Made by a program: the position numbers and the translations under genes. Positions 52,501-57,703 of a stretch of 64,000 nucleotides of DNA are shown here, piece by piece. Source of the DNA: Candidatus Latescibacterota bacterium (GTDB taxonomy: Bacteria > Latescibacterota > UBA2968); assembly GCA_965204745.1 (NCBI GenBank), contig OZ242010.1, positions 128,001-192,000 on the forward strand, written 5' to 3'. The notes beneath the pieces were generated by a model. That model was not told where the DNA came from. It did not search any database and worked only from the letters and a program-made list of their open reading frames with translations. Position 1 is the stretch's first letter; the number at the start of each line of letters is the position of its first letter.

Positions 52501-55376
52501 GAAGAGGTGGGAGTGACGATGCGGTCGGGGAATGCGGCGTTGTAGGGCCGGGTGTAGGTCAGGGTATCGACAGTGGGCCATATCCCTGGAGTGGGAAATA
52601 TCTCTGGCCTCGGGAGGTCCACGACGCCATCGGCGTTTATGTCACTGCGAATGGCAGAGAGCTGATCGAGGTTGGTTATATCGATGTAACCGTCGTTATC
52701 CAGGTCGTAGTCAACAAAGCCGTCGTTGTCTATAATCGTCAAAGAGCCGGTCACGTTGCCCACGCCTTGGTCGTTGCTCACCCCAACAACCACGGACACT
52801 ACGATATCCGCGGTATTGACTGCGTTGTCCACGGCCGTGAGGATCACCGTGTCCGACGCGTTCGTCGTGTCCCCGGCCGCGATGGTGATCGTCGAATCCG
52901 CCCCCACCGTGTAAGTATCCGCCACCGGGCGCACGGTGATCGTCGTGATCGCGCTCGATAGATGCGACAGGGTCGCCGTGACCGTGGAAACGCCGAGCGC
53001 CTCCGAAATCGTCGAGGGCGACATCGACAAGGTTATGTCCGGCGCGGCCTCATCGTCGGTGATCGTCAGCATCAGGGTAGCCGGGATCGTCGCCCCATTG
53101 TCGCTCTGCACAATTGTGGGCACGGTCACTCTGTTGTCCGGCGCATCGGTTATATTGTCCACGGCCGTGAGGATCACCGTGTCCGACGCGTTCGCGGTTT
53201 GTCCTGCCGCGATGGTGATCGTCGAATCCGTCCCCACGGTATAAGCCCCCGCCACCGGGCGCACCGTGATCGTCGTCGCCAGGGTCGATGCGCGAGACAG
53301 GGCCGCCGTGATCGTGGCAACACCGCCGTTCTCCGAAATCGTTGACGGGTTCGCCGCCAGCGTCACTGTCGGCGCGGCCTCATCGTCGGTGATCGTCAAT
53401 GTCGCGTTCAATACCGACAATGTGTCGCTCGAAGCTGACCCCGAGACGGTCACGCGCCTGTGCCGCGCATCGGCGGTCGCGTTGTTCACCGCTGTGATCG
53501 TCACAAGTCCCGTGCTCGTCGTCGCATTCGCCGCGACAGTCAGCGTCTTCGCGGCCGATAGCGTGAAATCGCCCGCAACCGTAGGCGATACCCCTGTCGC
53601 AGCCACCGTGATCGTCACTGCGTTGTTCACCGCTCTCGGCAATGTTGCCGTTACAGTCGTCCGATTGGTCGCACCGCTCTCGTCGATCGTCGAAGGCGCG
53701 AGTGTCAACCTCGCCACCGCAATCTGGGCGGCAAATTGCGCGGTGGTGTCCATGCCTGCATACTTCAAGACCGGATACTGATACGCCGTGCCAAAGGTCC
53801 ACGGATCATCGTCGCCGAGTTGCCCGTCGATGTCGATGTTCCAGTTTTCGTAGATGCCGGTGTATGTCGTAACGGATACGAGATCGCTGGTGATATAGCC
53901 GGTGCCGACAGCACTGGTGTCTTGTCCACTGGTCAAAGTGTCCCAATAATTGTCGCGTGTGCTGGTGTTTCTCTTCAGCCCTACTAACCCGCCGACGCGG
54001 GAGGTTCCGGTGACCCGGCCGGTGGCGTAAGAGTTTATTACCCTACCTGGAGGATACCCTGTGGATGGCGAGTAAACAGCTCCGCCCAGCAAACCGCCGA
54101 CACCGATGTGACCGCTGACAGATGCAGTGGAGTAGCTCGTAGAGATAATTCCTAAGGATTCGCCGACTAATCCACCTGCATAATGTGAGTAGCGAGAATT
54201 TAAGGCCCTGACCGTGCCTGTGGTGTAGCAGGCGACAATTTCGCCAGCAGTGTAAGCGGCCAGAATGCCTGCACCACCTAAGGTTGTGATATTGGCGTTG
54301 GTTATGCCCAGGGTTTCGACGCGGGATCCGGGGCCAAGCTGGTAAAACAGACCTGCATACGCGCTGCCATCCCGATAGAGACGGAGGTCGCTGAATAGGT
54401 TGTTTATGGTGTGACTGTTGCCCTTGAAGTTGCCTGTGAGGCTGTAGGGTAGCCAGCCAGCGCCGTTGTTCCAGTATTTGCCGCTGTGGTCGTTGGCATC
54501 TACATCGCCATCGCCGTCGCTGTCGAAGTCGAGGCTTGCGGTGAGTTCGTAGCCGACGCATCCGGAAGTGGGGCAGCCCATGAGTCCAACGGAAGCGTTA
54601 GCAGTGGCGATGCGGTTGGGGAATGCGGCGTTGTAGGCGGCACCCTCCCGCAGATTTGTCGCGACGGAGATGGAATCGAGCCATCCCTGAGTAAAAGGGC
54701 GACTTCCCGCAGCGCGCCATGCCGCGATGCTGACCGCTAAGGCAAGGGAATCGGCGACCGAATGGGCTCTATCCCGGGCGCCATCGGTGTCCATGTCATA
54801 GCGAATGGCATTGAGCTGATCGAGGTTGGCTACATCGATGTAACCGTCGTTATCGAAGTCGTAGTCAACCTCATCGTCGGTGATCGTCAGGGTCACGGCA
54901 GACGGGGCCAATGCCCCATTGCCACCCGCCGCCGTTGCAGACACGGTCACGCGCTTGCTCGGCACCTGGGTCCTATCGTCCACCGCCGTGATCGTCACGA
55001 TCCCCGTGCTCGTCGTCGCATTCGCCGCTATCGTCAGCGTGGTCGCGGCCGATAGCGTGAAATCGCCCGCAACCGCAGGCGATACAGCCGTAGCTGAAAC
55101 CGTGATCGTCGTCGCCTCGGTCGCAGTGCGATCCAGCGTTGCCGTGATCGTGGAAACCCCGCCGTTCTCCGAAATCGACGACGGAGACAAAACCAACGTC
55201 ACCTGGGCGTTTTGGGCAAAAGCCGACCCCGATGCCATCAGCAAAACCAGCACGATATAGAACCACACCCCAAGAAGGGGATGGCCGCCATGAACCCCGG
55301 TTTTCGCGGGAGGACAAGCGGTGGGAACCGAGGGCCTAAATGGGTTCAAACAGCGTCTGAAAATTTCGGCAATCAT
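34560..55376 (-). CDS. Giant (6938 aa) surface adhesin: Calx-beta/Ig-like stalk, three GLUG-like variable domains, PE linker, four He_PIG-like domains, dockerin/EF-hand tail
   Basis: One 20.8-kb ORF. Signal-peptide-like segment (WFYIVLVLLMASGSAFAQ), dozens of ~110-aa xTLxLSPxSISE...LTITDD domains, (PE)n linker, LPEGL(T/S)FD...SGTP domains, DFNGDGVVNFADF...DLNGDGQIDYDDF. Confidence 0.9.
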   Translation of the reverse strand: MIAEIFRRCLNPFRPSVPTACPPAKTGVHGGHPLLGVWFYIVLVLLMASGSAFAQNAQVTLVLSPSSISENGGVSTITATLDRTATEATTITVSATAVSPAVAGDFTLSAATTLTIAANATTSTGIVTITAVDDRTQVPSKRVTVSATAAGGNGALAPSAVTLTITDDEVDYDFDNDGYIDVANLDQLNAIRYDMDTDGARDRAHSVADSLALAVSIAAWRAAGSRPFTQGWLDSISVATNLREGAAYNAAFPNRIATANASVGLMGCPTSGCVGYELTASLDFDSDGDGDVDANDHSGKYWNNGAGWLPYSLTGNFKGNSHTINNLFSDLRLYRDGSAYAGLFYQLGPGSRVETLGITNANITTLGGAGILAAYTAGEIVACYTTGTVRALNSRYSHYAGGLVGESLGIISTSYSTASVSGHIGVGGLLGGAVYSPSTGYPPGRVINSYATGRVTGTSRVGGLVGLKRNTSTRDNYWDTLTSGQDTSAVGTGYITSDLVSVTTYTGIYENWNIDIDGQLGDDDPWTFGTAYQYPVLKYAGMDTTAQFAAQIAVARLTLAPSTIDESGATNRTTVTATLPRAVNNAVTITVAATGVSPTVAGDFTLSAAKTLTVAANATTSTGLVTITAVNNATADARHRRVTVSGSASSDTLSVLNATLTITDDEAAPTVTLAANPSTISENGGVATITAALSRASTLATTITVRPVAGAYTVGTDSTITIAAGQTANASDTVILTAVDNITDAPDNRVTVPTIVQSDNGATIPATLMLTITDDEAAPDITLSMSPSTISEALGVSTVTATLSHLSSAITTITVRPVADTYTVGADSTITIAAGDTTNASDTVILTAVDNAVNTADIVVSVVVGVSNDQGVGNVTGSLTIIDNDGFVDYDLDNDGYIDITNLDQLSAIRSDINADGVVDLPRPEIFPTPGIWPTVDTLTYTRPYNAAFPDRIVTPTSSVGPMGCPTSGCVGYELLNDLNFDSDGDSDVDADDHGGKYWDNGRGWRPIAGTSGAFYGDRYDYRYWVPGGDQGHQSGYLGYFKGNGHTIKNLFIKRTSTVGFSVSKLGLFYSLGIGSRVESLGIINANVTGGSYLGILAGILFKGTIVACYTHGTVSGQDFAPVGTPTPHFTPWGVNSHSIGGLVGFSFQGTIHASYSMANVSEVRDVGGLVGTAWQNTHISSSYANGIVTGGNAFGRIIRSERDQGAVLPAVGVGVGGAEEYPSVEASWAGGLVGNANDESTCYTYSGATFACGGVRATTNIANFSYWDMHSSGKGTSALGVGKTTHELRSITGYTGIYSNWNIDIDGQGGNDDPWHFGTASQYPVLKYADMDTDLQFNLQPRLVTLILTPRQIDESGTANQTTVTAALTKPLTSAVVVTVSATAVAPAVAGDFTLSTAKTLTIAANATTSTGTVTITAVDNAIDAPWKRVTVAATVSGANDITTSHAILTIADDESTPTVTMAVNPSSISENGGVATVTATLSGSSVAPTSITVRPVPGVYTVGATNSTITIAAGQTATTDTVIITAVDNMIHAPDNSRGVWVQVTNWHGINVVTAELTFTEDEDPPDVTMEVSPTSIAETGEVSTVTATLSRPSSAVTTITVRPVTGAYAVGMDSTIIIAAGQTANASDTVVITTVDNAITAGDKTVTVLSAVDNSAGTGTVTAATLTITDDDRPHATLVLSPSSISEAGGVSTITATLDRPATEATTITVSATAVPPAVSGDFTLSAATTLTIAASVTTSTGLVTITAANNMIQASDKRVTVSATVAGGNGAVARSTVTLMITENVIDYDEDNDGYIDVANLDQLNAIRYDLNGDGFVAPADTMNYNAYNAAFPNRFTAAAERMGCPSGRCVGYELTASLDFDSNGDGDVDATDHSGKYWDGGSGWLPIACCRTSNSYTGYFKGNGHTINNLFINRTIYGSGTNPNFLGLFFKLGAFSRVETLGITNANITGISHVGILAGQNHGTIVACYTTGRVAGFNPIEWRWPDPSPRGGYTIGGLVGRTDIRGKISTSYSTASVSGSRYVGGLVGRIFNSVIINSYAIGPVSSTDRVRAGNWRRWHGSGGFIGGLNQNTNDISNSYYDTETSGLSRAIGAVHSPDPDTSGVTSKTTAELVSVTGYTGIYENWNIDIDGQPGDDDPWHFGTVNQYPVLKYDGMDTTVQFDLQPEIVMLTLTPSTISENGGVSTVTARLTQSLDATTTITVRPVAEAYTVGMDSTIIIASGQTANASDTVVITAVDNNTASGDKRVTVFSAVDNSASTRTVALATLTIADDDVAQVMLVLSPASISEDGGVSTITATLDRPTTKATTITVSATAESPAVAGDFTLSTAKTLTVAANATASTGLVTITSVNNTTDAPDKRVTVSATVAVGNLASAPSAVTLMITDDDDPPTVALSLSPASISEASGVSTITATLSHESSEATTITVRPVAGAYTVGTDSTIVIAAGQTANTSDTVLITAVNNTTHAPDNDVTVNVVPRNAQGVGSVTAATLTITEDEAAPEVTIAVSPTSISENIAVSTVTATLNRPSSAATTITVSVTPVLPAVVGDYTLSTAKTLTVAAGETTSTGTVTITTVNNSVASGDKTVTVTGTPSNSVGVGSSVTAATLTIADDDVAQVTLVLSPTSISENAEVSTVTARLNRPATEATTITVSAEAVSPAVAGDFTLSATTTLTIAASVTTSTGTVTITSVNDTTDAPDKEVTVSGTATGGNMASAPSDVTLTITDDEAAPTVALLLSPASISEASGVSTITATLSHKSSEATTITVRSVPGAYTVGATDSMIVIAAGQTANAPDTVIITAVDNMIHAPNNSVTVSVVPRNDQGVGSSVTGTALTITEDEAASAVTIAVSPTSIAETGEVSTVTATLSRPSSAATTITVSVTPVSPAVGGDYTLSTAKTLTIAAGETTSTGTVTITTVDNSVASGDKTVTVTGTPTNSVGTGSVTAATLTIADDDVAQVTLILSPTSISENAKVSTVTATLNRPATTATTITVSAEAVSPAVAGDFTLSATTTLTIAASVTTSTGTVTITSVNDTTDAPDKRVTVSGTVAAGNLASAPDDVTLTITDDDAAPTVALTLSPASISEASGVSTITATLSHKSSEATTITVRSVPGAYTVGATDSTIVIAAGQTANATDTVIITAVDNTTHAPNNSVTVPVVPHNDQGVGSIVTGTALTITEDEAAPDVTIAVEPTSIAETGAVSTVTATLSRPSSAATTITVSVTPVLPAVVGDYTLSTDKTLTVAAGETTSTGSVTITTVNNNIASGDKTVTVTGTPTNSVGVGSSVTPATLTIADDDVAQVMLILSPASISENAEVSTVTATLDRPATEATTITVSAEAVSPAVAGNFTLSTATTLTIAASVTTSTGTVTITSVNDTTDAPDKRVTVSGTATGGNMASAPSAVTLTITDDEAAPTVALSLSPASISEASGVSTITATLSHESSAATTITVRSVPGAYTVGATDSTIVIAAGQTANATDTVLITAVDNMIHAPNNSVTVPVEVSNDQGVGSSVTGTALTITEDEDPPDVTMAVSPTSIAETGAVSTVTATLNRPSSAATTITVRSVPGAYTVGATDSTIVIAAEQTANTSDMVVITTVDNNIASGARMVTVTGTPSNSVGTGSVTAATLTITDDDMAQVTLVLSPTSISENAKVSTITATLNRPATTATTITVSAEAVSPAVAGDFTLSAATTLTIAANATASTGSVTITSVNDTTDAPDKRVTVSATVAAGNLASAPSDVTLTITDDEAAPTVALSLSPASISEASGVSTITATLSHKSSEATTITVSAEAVSPAVAGDFTLSTMKTLTFAAGETTSTGSVTITAVNNTTHAPNKRVTVSGAAGNAQGVGNVPDATLTITEDEAAPEVTMAVAPTSISENVAVSTVTATLNRPSSAATTITVSVTPVLPAVVGDYTLSTAKTLTIAAGETTSTGTVTITTVNNNIASGDKTVTVTGTPANSVGVGSSVTAATLTITDDDVAQVTLVLSPTSISENAKVSTVTATLNRPATEATTITVSAEAVSPAVAGDFTLSAAKTLTIAASETTSTGIVTITSVNNTTDAPDKRVTVSGTATGGNMASAPSDVTLTITDDDAAPTVALSLSPASISEASGISTITATLSHESSEATTITVRPVAGAYTVGATDSTIVIAAGQTANATDTVLITAVDNMIHAPNNSVTVSVVPRNDQGVGSSVTGTALTITEDEDPPDVTIAVSPTSISETVAVSTVTATLSRPSSAATTITVRSVPGAYTVGATDSTIVIAAGQTANATDTVLITTVDNAIASGARMVTVTGTPSNSVGTGSVTAATLTITDDDMAQVTLVLSPASISENAKVSTVTATLNRPATDATTITVSAEAVSPAVAGDFMLSTTKTLTIAANATASTGTVTITSVNDTTDAPNKRVTVSGTVAAGNLASAPSDVTLTITDDEAAPTVALTLSPASISEASGVSTITATLSHKSSEITTITVRSVPGAYTVGATDSTIVIAAGQTANATDTVLITAVDNTTHAPNNSVTVPVEVSNDQGVGSSVTGTALTITEDEDPPDVTMAVVPTSISENGAVSTVTATLNRPSSAATTITVRPVTGAYTVGMDSTIVIAAGQTANTSDTVVITTADNNIASGDRMATVTGTPSNSVGTGSVTAATLTITDDDVAKVTLVLSPASISENAKVSTVTATLNRPATTATTITVSAEAVSPAVAGDFTLSATTTLTIAASVTTSTGSVTITSVNDTTDAPNKRVTVSGTVAAGNLASAPSDVTLTITDDEAAPTVALSLSPASISEASGISTITATLSHKSSEATTITVSAEAVSPAVAGDFTLSNTKTLTFAAGETTSTGSVTITAVNNTTHAPNKRVTVSGAAGNAQGVGNVPDATLTISEDEAAPDVTMAVAPTSISENVAVSTVTATLNRPSSAATTITVSVTPVSPAVVGDYMLSTAKTLTVAAGQTTSTGSVTITTVNNNIASGDKTVTVTGTPTNSVGVGSSVTDATLTITDDDVAQATLVLSPTSISENAEVSTVTATLNRPATTATTITVSAEAVSPAVAGDFTLSAATTLTIAANATASTGTVTITSVNDTTDAPDKRVTVSGTAAGGNMASAPSDVTLMITDDDAAPTVALSLSPASISEASGISTITATLSHESSAATTITVSAEAVSPAVAGDFTLSTTKTLTFAAGETTSTGSVTITAVNNTTHAPNKRVTVSGVAGNAQGVGNVPDATLTITEDEAPPDVTMAVSPSSISENVAVSTVTATLNRPSSAATTITVRSVPGAYTVGATDSTIVIAAGQTANTSDTVIITTVDNNNASGDRMVSVTGTPSNSVGTGSVTDATLTITDDDVAQVTLVLSPTSISENGGVSTITATLDRPATDATTITVSAEAVSPAVAGDFTLSATTTLTIAASVTTSTGTVTITSVNDTTDAPNKRVTVSATVAVGNLASAPSDVTLTITDDDDAPTVALSLSPASISEASGVSTITATLSHKSSEATTITVRSVPGTYTVGATDSTIVIAAGQTANTSDTVLITAVDNTTHAPDNSVTVSVVPRNDQGVGSSVTGTALTITEDEAAPAVTIAVSPTSIAETGEVSTVTATLNRPSSAATTITVRSVPGAYTVGATDSTIVIAAGQTANASDMVVITTVDNNNASGDRMVTVTGTPSNSVGTGSVTDATLTITDDDVAQVTLVLSPASISENAKVSTVTATLNRPATTATTITVSAEAVSPAVAGDFTLSATTTLTIAASVTTSTGTVTITSVNDTTDAPNKRVTVSATVAAGNLASAPSDVTLTITDDDAAPTVALSLSPASISEASGVSTITATLSHKSSAATTITVSAEAVSPAVAGDFTLSTTKTLTVAAGETTSTGSVTITAVNNTTHARDKRVTVSGVAGNAQGAGNVTAATLTITEDEAAPDVTMAVSPSSISENIEVSTVTATLNRPSSAATTITVSVPTSSDYTLSTATTLTVSAGQTTSTGTVTITTVNNNIASGSKTVTVTGTPSNSVGVGSSVTPATLTITDDDVAQVMLVLSPSSISENGGVSTITATLDRTATAATTITVSALAVSPAVAGDFTLSATTTLTIAASVTTSTGTVTITAVNDTTDAPNKRVTVSATVAAGNLASLSSSEPLTITDDDDPPTVMLTPDPSSISENGAVSTITATLSHKSSAITTITVRSVPGAYTVGATDSTIAIAAGQTANTADTVIITSVDNNRDAPPRNVVVTGVARNDQGAGSVTGGSLTLTDDDVAPAVTMVVSPASISENGGVSTVTATLSHPSSEATTIAVSVPTSSDYTLSTATTLTVAAGQTTSTGIVTITTVNNNIASGSKTVTVTGTPSNSQGAGSVTSATLTITDDDVPQVTLVLSPVAITENGGVSTVTATLDRPATEATTITVSTEAESSVDDFTLSTTTTLTVAAGQTTSTGTVTITAVDNSFNEPDKRVTVSATVTGGNLASLASPVTLTIEEDDPPERPATPEPEPEPEPEPEPEPEPEPEPDTELTFTDAVDPQSYYQHRAIKPLTLPAAVLYGDETMRTLTYSLPDLPEGLTFDAETLTVSGTPLKAIKKAIYTLTATEEDGDEAGLSFFLTVIANPIPSFGDASVAAQAYMRKQEIESLTLPQATGGDKPLTYALTPDLPEGLSFDKKTRVLSGTPLEAIADTTYTLTATDRNGDEATLMFILSVMTDPIPTFGETTVAAQGYVQYQKIDPLTLPPATGGDKPLTYALLPDLPEGLTFDAETRIASGTPIKAMDETTYTLTATDGNGDEVHLLFTLEVQNWMPTFGDTTIDPQSYLVNQEIASLTLPQASNDDGMLVYILLPFLPEGLSFDPTTRTLSGLPTEAKAQATYTLSALEADGDTASLPFTLEVSLPSPDFNGDGVVNFADFSNFVVKYESRLGQKRYDALYDLNGDGQIDYDDFRIFAAIYGSTGETTAIGNWDLPP
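35898..35960 (-). repeat. (Pro-Glu)n linker hexamer repeat
   Basis: ggttct/ggctcg/ggctct hexamers encoding PEPEPE. Confidence 0.85.
36300..48860 (-). repeat. About 12 tandem ~1.0-kb units (three Ig-like domains each) in the adhesin stalk
   Basis: Equivalent positions recur at 36910, 37930, 38941, 39961, 40996, 42004, 43015, 44050, 45061, 46087, 47110 and 48130 (spacing 1008-1035 bp). Confidence 0.9.
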
Positions 55377-55519
55377 TCTGAAGTCTCGAAAAATACAACG
55401 AGTTGCACGGGCAGGGCTTTTGCCTGCGTGCGCGAAATAAAGATGGTGGAGGACAAAATAAGACTTTACGCCATTTCGTCAAAGCGTAAAGTGACGAGGG
55501 GATCGTCAAGGCAAGGGGG

Positions 55520-55925
55520 AATGGGACCTACCCCCTGGCCCCGTTACTCGCTACGCTTCGTTGTAGGCTACGCCTGTGCCTAAAAGGAAGGGGGAATGGC
55601 GATGGGTCTTCCGAGGGGAATGGCGAGAGGGGTTGCGAGGGATTGTGCGAGAGGGGTTTGGTTTTTCATGGCGTGATTCATTCGCTCAAAGCCATCAAAA
55701 CAGCTAGGGAGACAAACCTTCAAGAAAGCCATACGCGCCCCCTTTCCTCGTAGACACAGGCGTAGCCTACAATGAGCGAAGCGAATAACGGGGGTCGGGG
55801 GGATAGGGCTATGGCGACAGGGCATGCGAAGGACACAGCGGAGTGGGAACGATGAAGCGGTGGTAGGGCGGTGTGGGGTAATCCGCGCAATCCGCGTAAT
55901 CCGTTTAATCCGCGATTCAGACACG
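55520..55925. repeat. Composite intergenic element upstream of the giant adhesin
   Basis: Homologous to 28063-28360, with internal inverted arms at 55528-55580 and 55747-55808. Confidence 0.8.
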
Positions 55926-55984
55926 GTGGGGTGGAAAGGGCACGCACACGGCGGAGTTGCTCGCTGATCGCTCATCATGATAGC

Positions 55985-56013
55985 TTGACAGTTTGGCGTC
56001 ATACTGGTATTGT
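55985..56013 (+). promoter_or_regulatory. Putative sigma-70 promoter for the ClpX-like gene
   Basis: TTGACA-17 nt-TATTGT with an extended -10 TG. Confidence 0.55.
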
Positions 56014-56134
56014 TTAGAGACTTACTCCCGCCCCCCTAATATCTCCGCTCCCCGCGTCGGAGAGCGACCGAGAGAGGGGTAGCTTTCTTACGTCTCACGT
56101 CTTACGCCTTTCATCTCACCACATTGGAGCTTTT

Positions 56135-57670
56135 ATGTCGAAAAAACAACCTTTCTCGCCGACGGATTTGCAAAAAGACCTCAAGGATTTCCTCGAGCAA
56201 AAATACGGCAGTCAGGTGGTCGTGCAACAGGGAGAACCCGCCGGGATGAAGGAGGACCCGCCCGTGGAAGAGCCCGCAGAGGAGACCATTGATTTTGACC
56301 TCAAACCCGAAGAACTGGAGGCGTATTTAGACGAGTATGTGGTCGAGCAGGGCGCGGCAAAAGAAGTGTTGGCAACCAAGATCTGCACGCATTACAACCG
56401 CATGAAACTCGACCGCGAAGACCCGGAGTTTTCGCGCAAAAACGTGGGGCAGATCAAAAACAACATCCTCCTGATCGGGCCTACGGGTGTGGGCAAAACG
56501 TATTTGATCAAGTTGATCGCGCAGCGCATTGGCGTGCCCTTTGTCAAGGGCGATGCGACCAAATTCAGCGAGACGGGATACGTGGGCGGCGATGTCGAAG
56601 ACCTCATTCGGGAACTGGTGCGCGAGGCCGATGGCAGCATTGCAAAGGCGCAATACGGGATTGTGTACATCGACGAAATCGACAAAATCGCGTCGTCCTC
56701 AAATCTGACCGGCCCGGATGTGTCGCGCACCGGCGTTCAGCGCAACTTGCTCAAGTTGATGGAAGAGACCGATGTCGATCTCAAAGCACCGCACGACCTC
56801 ACGTCGCAGATGGAATCGATGATGCAATTTCAGCGCAGTGGCAAAGTGGAGCGGCAAAAAATCAACACGCGCAACATTTTGTTTATCGTCAGCGGCGCGT
56901 TCAGCGATCTTGAGGACATCGTGCGAAAGCGGCTCAATTTGGGCAAGGTCGGGTTTCAATTTGAGCGCGAGATCGCCCAGGCACAGGAACGGGATCGGAC
57001 CGCGCTTTTGCAAGAGGTCAAAACAGAAGACCTCATCGAATACGGGTTTGAGTCTGAATTTGTGGGCCGGTTGCCGGTCACGGCGATTTTGACATCCTTG
57101 AGCGTTGACGATCTCTACGCGATTTTGAAAAGCCCGACGAGTTCGGTGATCGTGGGCAAAAAACGCGATTTCAAAGCCTACGGCATCGATCTGAAATTTG
57201 ACGACGACGCGTTGCAGTTGCTGGCTGAACAAGCCGCGCTAGAACAAACCGGCGCGCGCAGTCTGGTCAGCGTTTGCGAACGCGCCTTGCTCAAATTTGA
57301 AAAATCCCTGCCCTCAACGGATATCGACGCCTTCCGCGTGACGAAAAGTGTGATCGAATCCCCCGAGCACGCACTTCGGCAATTGTTGGTCTTGCGGGAC
57401 ACGGGCGCGTTTGTCGACCGGTTTCGAGACGCTTACGGCATCGCGCTCACGTTCGACGATGCGGCCCTGCGAGAACTCGCGCAAAAAGCAAAGAGCGAAC
57501 ATCGCCCGGTTCACGAGATCTGCCAAGATATGTTCGACGACTACGGACACGGGCTGAAGTTGCTCGGACACGCGACATTTGAAATCCCCGCCGAAGCCAC
57601 GCGCCGCCCCAAAGATTTTCTCAACAGTCTGGTCAAAGCATTTTACCAAGCGGATAGGGCAGAAAAATAA
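56135..57670 (+). CDS. ClpX-like AAA+ unfoldase lacking the Zn finger, with C-terminal extension
   Basis: NILLIGPTGVGKT, DATKFSETGYVGGDVE, VYIDEIDKI, DVSRTGVQRNLLK, KVGF loop, EFVGRLPV, TGARSL. Confidence 0.88.
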   Translation: MSKKQPFSPTDLQKDLKDFLEQKYGSQVVVQQGEPAGMKEDPPVEEPAEETIDFDLKPEELEAYLDEYVVEQGAAKEVLATKICTHYNRMKLDREDPEFSRKNVGQIKNNILLIGPTGVGKTYLIKLIAQRIGVPFVKGDATKFSETGYVGGDVEDLIRELVREADGSIAKAQYGIVYIDEIDKIASSSNLTGPDVSRTGVQRNLLKLMEETDVDLKAPHDLTSQMESMMQFQRSGKVERQKINTRNILFIVSGAFSDLEDIVRKRLNLGKVGFQFEREIAQAQERDRTALLQEVKTEDLIEYGFESEFVGRLPVTAILTSLSVDDLYAILKSPTSSVIVGKKRDFKAYGIDLKFDDDALQLLAEQAALEQTGARSLVSVCERALLKFEKSLPSTDIDAFRVTKSVIESPEHALRQLLVLRDTGAFVDRFRDAYGIALTFDDAALRELAQKAKSEHRPVHEICQDMFDDYGHGLKLLGHATFEIPAEATRRPKDFLNSLVKAFYQADRAEK

Positions 57671-57703
57671 CCCCGCCCCGCTTCCCTTCATCGGAAAATC
57701 GCG

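Noticed and set aside
35878-55260. Many plus-strand ORFs (MIVET..., MIVVA...) recurring about every 1 kb
   Set aside because: Antisense shadows of the Thr/Val/Ala-rich adhesin repeats, with no RBS or independent domain signal.
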